From IMG/VR virus record IMGVR_UViG_3300017971_000135: a stretch of DNA of 40,093 bases. One strand, written 5' to 3'. Of this stretch, positions 33,706 to 40,093 are shown one piece after another. The first letter of the stretch is position 1. The number at the start of each line of letters is the position of its first letter. The position numbers were made by a program, and so were the translations under genes. Origin of the DNA: a virus. The notes below the pieces were generated by a model, which searched no databases, was not told the origin of the DNA, and saw only the letters and a program-made list of their open reading frames with translations.

Positions 33706-34167
33706 TCAGCGCACAACCGTGCGCCGGGCATATTCGAGCAACAGCAGCGCGTCAGCTGTTGCCAGTGTGATTCTCTGTTCGGGGTAAAGTCGCTGCGCAT
33801 GCTCACGCAGGTGGTTCTTCCACTGCGTCTTTCCCCACGCCTTCGGCTTCGGCTGTATGCCGAGGCCCTTCTGCCAGACGCGCGGCGACACGCTCTCATA
33901 CGGCACGCCAGCAGCAGTCAGTGCCATCTCGAGGTGCCCCACCCCGCGCCCGAATGCGAATGTCGACGCCACCCCCTGCTTCGGCATGGCATGCACCCGC
34001 TCAATCACCGCGAAACACGGCTCGCCGTCACCGTAGACCGCACGCTCCTCGTTGACCGCACACCAAATGTCCCGCAGCGTGCCGGGCATAGGCTCGGCGA
34101 TCAGCTTGCCGCTGTCGTACAGCACGGCAATGCCGCCGCTCTTGCCTGGGTCAATGCCGATAAGCAT
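33706..34167 (-). CDS. RuvC-like Holliday junction resolvase
   Basis: MLIGIDPGKSGGIAVL opening (catalytic Asp), followed by AVIERV and ADALLL. Confidence 0.8.
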   Translation of the reverse strand: MLIGIDPGKSGGIAVLYDSGKLIAEPMPGTLRDIWCAVNEERAVYGDGEPCFAVIERVHAMPKQGVASTFAFGRGVGHLEMALTAAGVPYESVSPRVWQKGLGIQPKPKAWGKTQWKNHLREHAQRLYPEQRITLATADALLLLEYARRTVVR

Positions 34168-35081
34168 TACACCACCTCCACGCTGAAGCGAAAAGCGCCG
34201 CGACTGTCAGGCTTGCCGGTGCACACGTACTTGCCGACCATCATGTTGAGCTCGCCCGAGTCACCCGCCTGCGCCTTCGCCTCGCTGCGAACCTTGTCCC
34301 ACAGCCGTTTGTACTCATCGGCCGCGTCTTTCAACTCTGCCGCCTGGTCCAGCTTCCGCTCGAACTGCGGATCGTCCACGATGCGCAGCGGCACCCCGAA
34401 GTCAATGTCGGGCAGGCATATCGCCCGGAACGGACAGCTCTTGCACTTCTCGCGGTCGTCAATGCGTTCCGGCAGCTCCTCGCGCTCGACATGCTCATTG
34501 ATGGTCTGCGCAGTTCTGATGCAGGCCTCGCCGAGATCGTAATCGAGGGGCACCTCGATCTGGCGCATGGTCCCGTTGCTCTTGTCTTTCAGCAGAAACA
34601 CCATCCGGTCACAGTTCTGCATCAGCATGTAGACGGTGCCCTGCGCCTTGTATGCCCGCGTCCACGGCTTCTTGTCGAAGTCCTCGAACGTGTGCATACG
34701 GGCGAAGATGTTCGGATTCATGCTCTTGATCTCCAGCGGAATCGCGGTCCCGTCCGTGAGGATCTTGCCGTCGATGTGCCCCGTGATGTTGTACTCGGGC
34801 CACTCGTACATCGTCTGCTGCTCGATGATATTGACACCGGCCGCTGCGAGATCCTGCAGGACGCGCTCCTCTTGGTAGTGCCCTTCGTCGAACACGAGCT
34901 GCGTCTGCGCGGTATACAACTCCTTCTCCTGCCAGGCCACGCGCTCATAAACGCCACGGCGCAAACACCCGCCGAGAACGGGTACGAAATAGCCGAGCGA
35001 GCTGGCCCGGTTGCTCTTGCATGGGTAGCGCTTGATGTCGCGGGCCTTGTGATCGAGTACCGCCTGCACCATATCAATCAC
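34167..35081 (-). CDS. PD-(D/E)XK nuclease, Cas4/RecB-like exonuclease
   Basis: GHIDG...LEIKS (D...ExK) plus the C-terminal cysteines CKSCPFRAIC. GTG start with a GTGA overlap. Confidence 0.8.
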   Translation of the reverse strand: MIDMVQAVLDHKARDIKRYPCKSNRASSLGYFVPVLGGCLRRGVYERVAWQEKELYTAQTQLVFDEGHYQEERVLQDLAAAGVNIIEQQTMYEWPEYNITGHIDGKILTDGTAIPLEIKSMNPNIFARMHTFEDFDKKPWTRAYKAQGTVYMLMQNCDRMVFLLKDKSNGTMRQIEVPLDYDLGEACIRTAQTINEHVEREELPERIDDREKCKSCPFRAICLPDIDFGVPLRIVDDPQFERKLDQAAELKDAADEYKRLWDKVRSEAKAQAGDSGELNMMVGKYVCTGKPDSRGAFRFSVEVV

Positions 35082-35950
35082 TGCTCGCCCCCTTCCGCCT
35101 GCGGTGCATCCCGTTCGGCCAACAGCTTGTCAACCTCGCGTTCCACCACGGCGAGCTGCTTCTCGCTGCAGTTCTCGACATTCGTCTTGCCCTGGATGGT
35201 CTTGCCGTCCTTGGTGGTAAACGTGGTGAGATCCTTCAGGATGGTTTTCGCGGCGTTGCTCTCACCGTCGGCGAGGTCGAGGATTTTTTTCCGCACCCGC
35301 GTCCGCGCTTCGCCAGCATTCGCCGACTCCTGCCGCCCGCCCCGGCCACCGCGGTTGTACGTGAAGTGCGTGCACGCGGCCTTCGTGATCTTGCCGTCGC
35401 TAACGTCTTCGATCTCCTGCCACGTAAACGACAGCCCGAGAACACATTTGATCGCGCGGTTCAAGAAATTGGTGAACGATTTCTTGTACACGTTCGTGAT
35501 GTCGATTTCCGACAGCGGCAGTACATACTTCTCGTTGGTCTGTGGGTTCGTGCGCTGCGCGATGAACTTGTCGCGGCTCGTGCATGTGCCGACCTGCGGC
35601 TGTATCCTGCCGTTCCAGACCGCCTCGCCCTCGGTGGTGACCATGATGTAGTCGCCGCCCACGTCGCTCAGCTCTTCCTTCGTCTGGTGGGTGTTGCGGA
35701 CCGACAGGCCGAACGCATTCGAGATTTTGGTTGCCCCCGTGTTCTGCAGATACGGATGGTCGGCCTGGTCGATCCAGTCGTTCGGGTTCGTCAAGCACAC
35801 CGCCAGCCGGCGAATTCTGTCGTGCAGTTGGAAGTACTTGTCGGCACTCTCGACGGCCTGCTCGAGCGCCTGGGTGCTGCCCGGCTGCAACGGCGCCAGC
35901 CCGGTTTCTTGCGTCACCGTTTCGATGTCGGTGATCTCTGTGTCTGCCAT
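35078..35950 (-). CDS. Putative recombination / ssDNA-annealing protein (function inferred from position only)
   Basis: 290 aa, directly upstream of the exonuclease, with a Gly/Arg-rich segment NRGGRGGRQ. I cannot assign a family by eye. Confidence 0.6.
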   Translation of the reverse strand: MADTEITDIETVTQETGLAPLQPGSTQALEQAVESADKYFQLHDRIRRLAVCLTNPNDWIDQADHPYLQNTGATKISNAFGLSVRNTHQTKEELSDVGGDYIMVTTEGEAVWNGRIQPQVGTCTSRDKFIAQRTNPQTNEKYVLPLSEIDITNVYKKSFTNFLNRAIKCVLGLSFTWQEIEDVSDGKITKAACTHFTYNRGGRGGRQESANAGEARTRVRKKILDLADGESNAAKTILKDLTTFTTKDGKTIQGKTNVENCSEKQLAVVEREVDKLLAERDAPQAEGGEQ

Positions 35951-35968
35951 AATGGCCCCCTCTCCTGG

Positions 35969-36556
35969 TTATGCTGCCTGTCGGGCAGCGGATATTCGTT
36001 TTCTGAGTGCAACCACACATGCCTCTAGGTAGTTCGTCACGGACGCCACATCTCCGTAGTCTATCTCGCGGCGCCATGCCTTGTAGTATCCCAGCAAAAA
36101 CTCGTCGTGGTAATCGCTCCATGTTGGCGAACAGCCCGCAGCATACCACTCGTCTATCGCTGGAAACGGCCGCCCCACCGAGGACACGCGCACAGTGATG
36201 ATCCCCAAGTGCACCGCATCGTACATGGCACCGAGCATTTCGCCCATCAGATACCCCACCCGCCGGGTATCGTATTTTGGCACATCGTCGGCACGTCTGT
36301 CAGACGGGCCTTGGACACCCCGTATGTAGCGCCGGCGCCGCTCCTCGCTCACCAGCCGGTGTATGCAGCCGAGCAGGTTAGACGGAATACGGTCCATGCC
36401 CATCGTCGTCTTAAGAACCTCGTGCGCCACGTCCCACCCCGCGTCCTCGAGCTCGCGCTGGCACTCGTCCTGTACATCGGCGGGCACCCTGCGGGCGCAG
36501 CACAGCAGTATCTGCCGCCAAAGGCCATCCCAGTCGCCAACCCTAGCGTTGAGCAT
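35969..36556 (-). CDS. Hypothetical protein
   Basis: 195 aa with an ATG start. No motif recognised. Confidence 0.65.
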   Translation of the reverse strand: MLNARVGDWDGLWRQILLCCARRVPADVQDECQRELEDAGWDVAHEVLKTTMGMDRIPSNLLGCIHRLVSEERRRRYIRGVQGPSDRRADDVPKYDTRRVGYLMGEMLGAMYDAVHLGIITVRVSSVGRPFPAIDEWYAAGCSPTWSDYHDEFLLGYYKAWRREIDYGDVASVTNYLEACVVALRKRISAARQAA

Positions 36557-37244
36557 CGGACCCGTCCCGCTTGCGGTAGTGGATAAACAGGTCGCCAGAC
36601 CCCTCGTCGCGCTTCAGGCGCCGCTCCCATGTCCGCACCGCTGCCTGCCAGTTTTTCATCGGCGCCTTCCCACCAACCCGCCAGCCGTTTGACTCGTAGT
36701 GGTCCACGAACTGCTCGGCGTCGATCCCGTTGTTGCGCTCCTCGCAGTAGGCAGCGACCTCCTCAACTGTGGGCGGACGAAAACGCTTGGTGGTGGCGGC
36801 CTTCTCCCCCCCTGCACCCCCCTTCTTAGAAGCAGAAGTAGAAGCAGAAGAAGAAGCAGAAGCAGAGCAGTCCGGACGTAGTCCGGACGTTTTCCCCTTT
36901 GCAGCACGTGCGAGCCTTTTTCTCTCTGCTTCGCCCTCCTTGTGAGATGTACCACGATAGTGCCAATAGTTGAGGATCAGATACCCCCCCAGAACCTTCC
37001 GAATCCGACGCCCTTCGTTGTCCGGGGTTCTGCTTGTTGGGTCAGGAGAAGAGAGCCGGAGCAGGCACTTATTGATCACGTCAGAGGGTTGTTTTGTGAT
37101 GGCCTGGAGGAAGTCCTTAGACACCGGCGCAATGCCATCCGACCCACACAGGGACAGCAGTACGACGAACACGCGAAACGTCTCGGCGTCCTCGCGCATG
37201 AGTGACGAGAATACCAGGCGTGAATCCAGCTTCGTGAAGGGCAT
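36543..37244 (-). CDS. Replisome-organizer-like / replication initiation protein
   Basis: ATG at 37244. The C-terminal PTVEEVAAYCEERNNGIDAEQFVDHYESNGW..G....KNWQAAVRTWE is a module widespread in phage replication proteins. A Ser/Ala-rich linker is present. Confidence 0.7.
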   Translation of the reverse strand: MPFTKLDSRLVFSSLMREDAETFRVFVVLLSLCGSDGIAPVSKDFLQAITKQPSDVINKCLLRLSSPDPTSRTPDNEGRRIRKVLGGYLILNYWHYRGTSHKEGEAERKRLARAAKGKTSGLRPDCSASASSSASTSASKKGGAGGEKAATTKRFRPPTVEEVAAYCEERNNGIDAEQFVDHYESNGWRVGGKAPMKNWQAAVRTWERRLKRDEGSGDLFIHYRKRDGSDAQR

Positions 37245-37245
37245 A

Positions 37246-37425
37246 TTACTCAACCATCTCCAGGGTGTCAGATACGGGCCACTGGTCGCGCCATGCGTCA
37301 ATTACCCGCTGGTCGGCGCCGGAGATATGGGCTGTGCACTCGGCCAACGCCAGAGCGACCACCCATGCGGTCACCACCAGCATAGTCCAGAAGCAGGCTT
37401 TCTCAAACGGGCTGTAGTGGTTCAC
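37246..37425 (-). CDS. Small hydrophobic protein (59 aa)
   Basis: GTG at 37425 overlaps the upstream stop (GTGA), with GAGGAGG 7 nt upstream. TM-like MLVVTAWVVALALA. Below the size cutoff of the supplied ORF track. Confidence 0.4.
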   Translation of the reverse strand: MNHYSPFEKACFWTMLVVTAWVVALALAECTAHISGADQRVIDAWRDQWPVSDTLEMVE

Positions 37426-37745
37426 CCCGGGACCTCCTCACGCTCAGATTGCATCAACGCGCGCAGCGCAGGCCGCAGGAGACGTTTGGCGGACTCGAGG
37501 TATGGCGTTGGGTCCTCATCCCTGTAGAAAGCCTTGTAGGCCGTCTGGATGGCACCACAGACTGCGCCCTCAAGGGGACACTCGACACAGTTGCGGTCGG
37601 CCAGCCCGGTGTAGGCCTCGCAGGCCGGGCTGTTCCAGACCTCGAGGTCCTCGGGAGTGAGTGTCCGCGCACGCGCCTTGACCACCAGCATGAACATGTG
37701 GGCGTAGATCCGGGCCGCGAGCTCGCGGCGTTCGCACTTATCCAT
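37422..37745 (-). CDS. Hypothetical Cys-containing protein
   Basis: ATG at 37745, 107 aa. Confidence 0.6.
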   Translation of the reverse strand: MDKCERRELAARIYAHMFMLVVKARARTLTPEDLEVWNSPACEAYTGLADRNCVECPLEGAVCGAIQTAYKAFYRDEDPTPYLESAKRLLRPALRALMQSEREEVPG

Positions 37746-37998
37746 GACGGCGCCCCGCCGGCTGCTCCACAATCATCCGACCAATCCGCCCAGACGGGAG
37801 CCGCTCAACTAGGACCGCCGGGATGCGGATGGAGCGGATCGCGAAGCTCAACTGCGCCCGGGCGTACTCCTCGCGCTCGCCTTCGTACAGCCGGTCGGTG
37901 CCGTACCGCTCGCGCATGTCCCGCCGGTCGCTCTCCCGGGACGGGTACACCAGGTAACTGACCCGCGTAGGGTGGAACAGGCTCGTCTGTGCCACCAT
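37738..37998 (-). CDS. Hypothetical protein
   Basis: ATG at 37998 with AGGAG 6 nt upstream. Confidence 0.55.
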   Translation of the reverse strand: MVAQTSLFHPTRVSYLVYPSRESDRRDMRERYGTDRLYEGEREEYARAQLSFAIRSIRIPAVLVERLPSGRIGRMIVEQPAGRRHG

Positions 37999-38000
37999 GA

Positions 38001-38222
38001 TCACCTCCTGTTGATCTCGTCCAAGTGCTCGGCAGCCTCATCCAGCAGGCGCCGCATGGTATCAACGGTCAATTTTGCGAGCAGGGCGTTGAGCTCCACG
38101 GCCGCCGATAGACACGCCAACACAATTGTCAGCGCGATGCTGCGAACCTGGGTGTGCTGCCACAGCAGCAGCCCCGCGGTGGTGCCGACGCGCAGCAGGA
38201 TCACCGCAACGCTCTTCAGCAT
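38001..38222 (-). CDS. Small membrane protein (two TM-like segments)
   Basis: ATG with GAGGAGGGG upstream. Hydrophobic segments SVAVILLRVGTTAGLLLW and IALTIVLACLSAAV. Confidence 0.6.
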   Translation of the reverse strand: MLKSVAVILLRVGTTAGLLLWQHTQVRSIALTIVLACLSAAVELNALLAKLTVDTMRRLLDEAAEHLDEINRR

Positions 38223-38737
38223 GACCCCTCCTCGCCGCGGTCCACCGCCGATCCCACCGCCTCGATTACCCGCCGCTCGATGTAGCTACAGAGGGTCGGG
38301 CCGAAATAGCAGGGTCGATAGACGATGAGTGCAGACGGTTTCGTGGCACATGACGGTGCCGGGGTCCCATCGACCTCGTCGAACCGCAGCCGCCCGACGA
38401 TAGCCCGGATCTCCGCGGCCTGCCCGAACACATGCTGCGTCCAGCTCTGGCCCGGGTCGAGGGGCACAAGCACCACGGATGTCACCCCACGGCGCCGCTG
38501 CTCTGAGGCCGCCTGTAGGAACCGTGGGATGTTGCCGGGGGAGTAGGGGGGGTTACACCATGCCACGCCGCCAGACGGGCCCCAGTCGCGCTTGAGCGCG
38601 TTCTCCGCGGGGCACAGATAGTCGGTGCAGAGGGTGTTCTGGACCGTGGCGGCCACGTCAATCGTGAAGTGAAGCTCAGCGTCCAGCCCGTCGAAGAACG
38701 GGCGGGGGGTCCGGTACTCGTCGGCGCTGCCCTTCAC
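38216..38737 (-). CDS. Phage Dam-type DNA N6-adenine methyltransferase (NPPY type)
   Basis: EYRTPRPFFDGLDAELHFTIDVAA and the catalytic WCNPPYS. I prefer the GTG start at 38737 (GTGA overlap with the upstream stop, GGAG 8 nt upstream). Longer in-frame starts exist up to 38857. Confidence 0.8.
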   Translation of the reverse strand: MKGSADEYRTPRPFFDGLDAELHFTIDVAATVQNTLCTDYLCPAENALKRDWGPSGGVAWCNPPYSPGNIPRFLQAASEQRRRGVTSVVLVPLDPGQSWTQHVFGQAAEIRAIVGRLRFDEVDGTPAPSCATKPSALIVYRPCYFGPTLCSYIERRVIEAVGSAVDRGEEGSC

Positions 38738-38949
38738 GACCGGATCTCCGCGACACCCTCCAGCGGCCGTGTTGGTGGGCGGGTGCATGCCAACTTCACC
38801 ACAGCCAGACGGCGCCGCATCCACGCGGCATCCTCTTGGCAGACCCGGCAGTTGCATTGCTCGGTATTGTCAATCATCCGCTGGGCGATATCGTATGCAC
38901 CCTCTGCGAGCGCATCGTGGAACGCATCGTGTGTCTCATGTGGCAGCAT
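38734..38949 (-). CDS. Hypothetical small protein
   Basis: ATG at 38949 with GGGAGGGG upstream, 71 aa. Confidence 0.55.
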   Translation of the reverse strand: MLPHETHDAFHDALAEGAYDIAQRMIDNTEQCNCRVCQEDAAWMRRRLAVVKLACTRPPTRPLEGVAEIRS

Positions 38950-38969
38950 GTGCGGCCCCTCCCGGTGGG

Positions 38970-39278
38970 TTAGTTGTGGGTTTTGTCGGATATTGCTTTG
39001 ATCTGGGCCTGGAGCTCGTCGAGCCGCGCCCGGACTGACGCCTTGAGCTCCTCGTAGTCCTTGCCGGCCTGCAGCAGTATATCGGACTTCCCTGCGAGCC
39101 ACTCAAGGCTGACTCCGATGTCATGCAGTATCGACAGGGTGTTCAGATCCGGCTCGCGTGTTCCGTTCTCCCATCGCGCAACCGTCGACCGCGCGATTCC
39201 AAGCAGAAGGGCCAGATCCCCTTGCGAGATCCGGCCCAGATGTGCTCTCAGCACCGCAACCCTGTCCGCTGCCACCAT
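38970..39278 (-). CDS. XRE-family helix-turn-helix (HTH) regulator (Cro/CI-like, first early gene)
   Basis: ISQGDLALLLGIARSTVARWENGTREP is a classic HTH_XRE segment. AGAGGAG RBS. Confidence 0.85.
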   Translation of the reverse strand: MVAADRVAVLRAHLGRISQGDLALLLGIARSTVARWENGTREPDLNTLSILHDIGVSLEWLAGKSDILLQAGKDYEELKASVRARLDELQAQIKAISDKTHN

Positions 39279-39309
39279 AGTGAGTACTCCTCTGCGTGGT
39301 CCTACGCCA

Positions 39310-39337
39310 TATATAGGGTGTTGACACTTGGCTACAA
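39310..39337 (-). promoter_or_regulatory. Candidate early promoter for the Cro-like gene with an operator core in its spacer
   Basis: The minus strand reads TTGTAG (39337-39332), a 16-nt spacer, then TATATA (39315-39310). The spacer contains GTGTCAACAC (plus strand GTGTTGACAC at 39318-39327). Confidence 0.4.
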
Positions 39338-39450
39338 TCTGAGTACGCGGTTGCAGCCGCGCCAGGCATGACTTTCGTATCCCACCTTCGGACTGAGGGC
39401 AGACCTACTTGGCGGTCGCCTGCCTGACAGTCACCTCCATTGTCAAACGT

Positions 39451-39482
39451 AAGATAGTCAATGTGTGGCCCCGTGTCAACAC
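39451..39482 (-). promoter_or_regulatory. Second leftward sigma70-like promoter overlapping the inverted copy of the operator core
   Basis: The minus strand reads TTGACA (39479-39474), a 17-nt spacer, then TATCTT (39456-39451). The core GTGTCAACAC lies at 39473-39482 on the plus strand. Confidence 0.35.
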
Positions 39483-39536
39483 TTTGGGGTCATTATTGTG
39501 GGCAAAAGGAAGCCTAGCCGGGAGAGATTTGTAGTC

Positions 39537-39944
39537 ATGGGCCGCCAAGTCATTGATTTGCAGGCAATATTCGAACGGCTCTGCGACTGGTTTCGCGTGA
39601 ACCCGCGGACCAGAACCGTCGCCGCGCTCATGGCTGAGAATCTTCACATGGAACGGAAGACACTCGGACAAGCACTGAAGCGGGCGAAGGATCGACCGTC
39701 CGCGCAGTTTCTCTGGAACATGGTCGAGGTCGCCGCAGAGCAGGGCCTCGATCTGAACGCCATCATACTGGGACAACCGCACGACACCCCGGAACACTCA
39801 ACGGAACGGCTTCTCGAGCAGCAGGCGCAGCGGCTCACGAGCACCCTGGACAAGCACCTGGACGAACGGTTCAGCCGATTGCAGCAGGGCCTGGAGGCCG
39901 GGAGGAGGCTTCAAGAGGATCGCCTGGATGCTGGTGGGGTATAG
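39537..39944 (+). CDS. Putative regulator divergent from the Cro-like gene (repressor candidate)
   Basis: ATG at 39537 with GGGAGAG upstream. One of only three plus-strand genes. A possible HTH lies around TVAALMAENLHMERKTLGQALKR, but I cannot confirm the function by eye. Confidence 0.65.
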   Translation: MGRQVIDLQAIFERLCDWFRVNPRTRTVAALMAENLHMERKTLGQALKRAKDRPSAQFLWNMVEVAAEQGLDLNAIILGQPHDTPEHSTERLLEQQAQRLTSTLDKHLDERFSRLQQGLEAGRRLQEDRLDAGGV

Positions 39945-39970
39945 TATAGCCGGCGGCTTCAGCCAAAAAA

Positions 39971-40093
39971 CGAAGTAGCACTTCGCGTCTGTCACGAACT
40001 CCTTGCGCTGCATCCGTGCGCGATGTACCCTTCAGTGTGAACTCATGCACGGAGGTGCCCCATGCGGATCGCCGCGACGTTCCTCATCCTCGC
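39971..40093. repeat. Terminal direct repeat, copy 2 (identical to 1-123)
   Basis: Same 123 nt as the window start. It contains a duplicate of the ATG and first codons of the 92-478 gene. Confidence 0.95.

Larger units (their letters stand above)
1..40093. mobile_element. Complete temperate siphovirus-type (HK97-like) phage genome, circular assembly, unique length 39,970 bp
   Basis: Contiguous packaging, head, tail and lysis module, an integrase with an attP-like site, and a Cro/CI-type switch. The ends overlap: 1-123 equals 39971-40093. Confidence 0.9.

Noticed and set aside
36828-36870. A purine-rich imperfect repeat (agaagcagaag units).
   Set aside because: It lies in-frame inside the replication-protein gene and simply encodes a Ser/Ala-rich interdomain linker (SASASSSASTSAS). 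There is no independent evidence of a DNA-level function.
39321-39349. TTGACA at 39321-39326 as a rightward promoter for the plus-strand regulator, giving a face-to-face promoter arrangement.
   Set aside because: There is no acceptable -10 hexamer at 16-18 nt spacing (tacgcg / acgcgg). The hexamer is more simply part of the palindromic operator core.
39405-39797. A 130-aa minus-strand ORF across the switch region.
   Set aside because: It is antisense to the better-supported plus-strand gene 39537-39944 and has no RBS. Its translation looks non-protein-like, and it would run through both operator copies.
1-40093. CRISPR arrays, a diversity-generating retroelement, invertible segments, and toxin-antitoxin pairs.
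   Set aside because: I found no regularly spaced repeat-spacer array, no reverse-transcriptase-like or invertase-like ORF, and no template/variable repeat pair. The tandem and direct repeats present are all accounted for above.

Overview
The window is a complete temperate HK97-like siphovirus genome assembled as a circle. Bases 1-123 are identical to 39971-40093, so the unique length is 39,970 bp. Nearly all genes lie on the minus strand and many are translationally coupled through ATGA, GTGA or TAATG overlaps.

Reading the minus strand from high to low coordinates:
- Cro/CI-type switch (about 39.3-39.5 kb).
- Early and replication genes: Dam-type methyltransferase (MTase), replisome-organizer-like protein, putative annealing protein, Cas4-like PD-(D/E)XK nuclease, RuvC-like resolvase.
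- Tyrosine integrase, followed by an attP-like region holding the 5' half of a tRNA-Thr(CGT) behind a near-consensus promoter.
- A lower-GC island with four MTase-like genes and a radical-SAM enzyme (26.9-31.0 kb).
- Small accessory genes: MORN-variant repeat protein, a protein with an internal AWKQY repeat, an HNH endonuclease, an ASCH-domain protein.
- A second HNH endonuclease, then TerS and TerL.
- Head genes: portal, ClpP-like prohead protease, HK97-type capsid.
- Head-tail joining genes, major tail protein, and tail chaperones with a visible -1 frameshift site.
- An 806-aa tape measure, then tail tip, fibre and beta-helix proteins.
- Amidase_3 endolysin and a class-3 lipase.

Only three genes are on the plus strand: a putative regulator, a lipoprotein, and a zinc-ribbon/TM/FxLYD protein. 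They form a lysogeny/moron-like unit that spans the circular junction.

The most interesting candidate is the MTase/radical-SAM island. It has a duplicated C5-MTase-fold gene whose two copies share a 53-bp identical core, and a recurring AACGTT-containing motif upstream of several start codons.

All functional calls rest on motifs I could read in the translations and on gene order. No database search was run. The host is unknown; strong GGAGG ribosome-binding sites (RBS) and high GC are the only hints.
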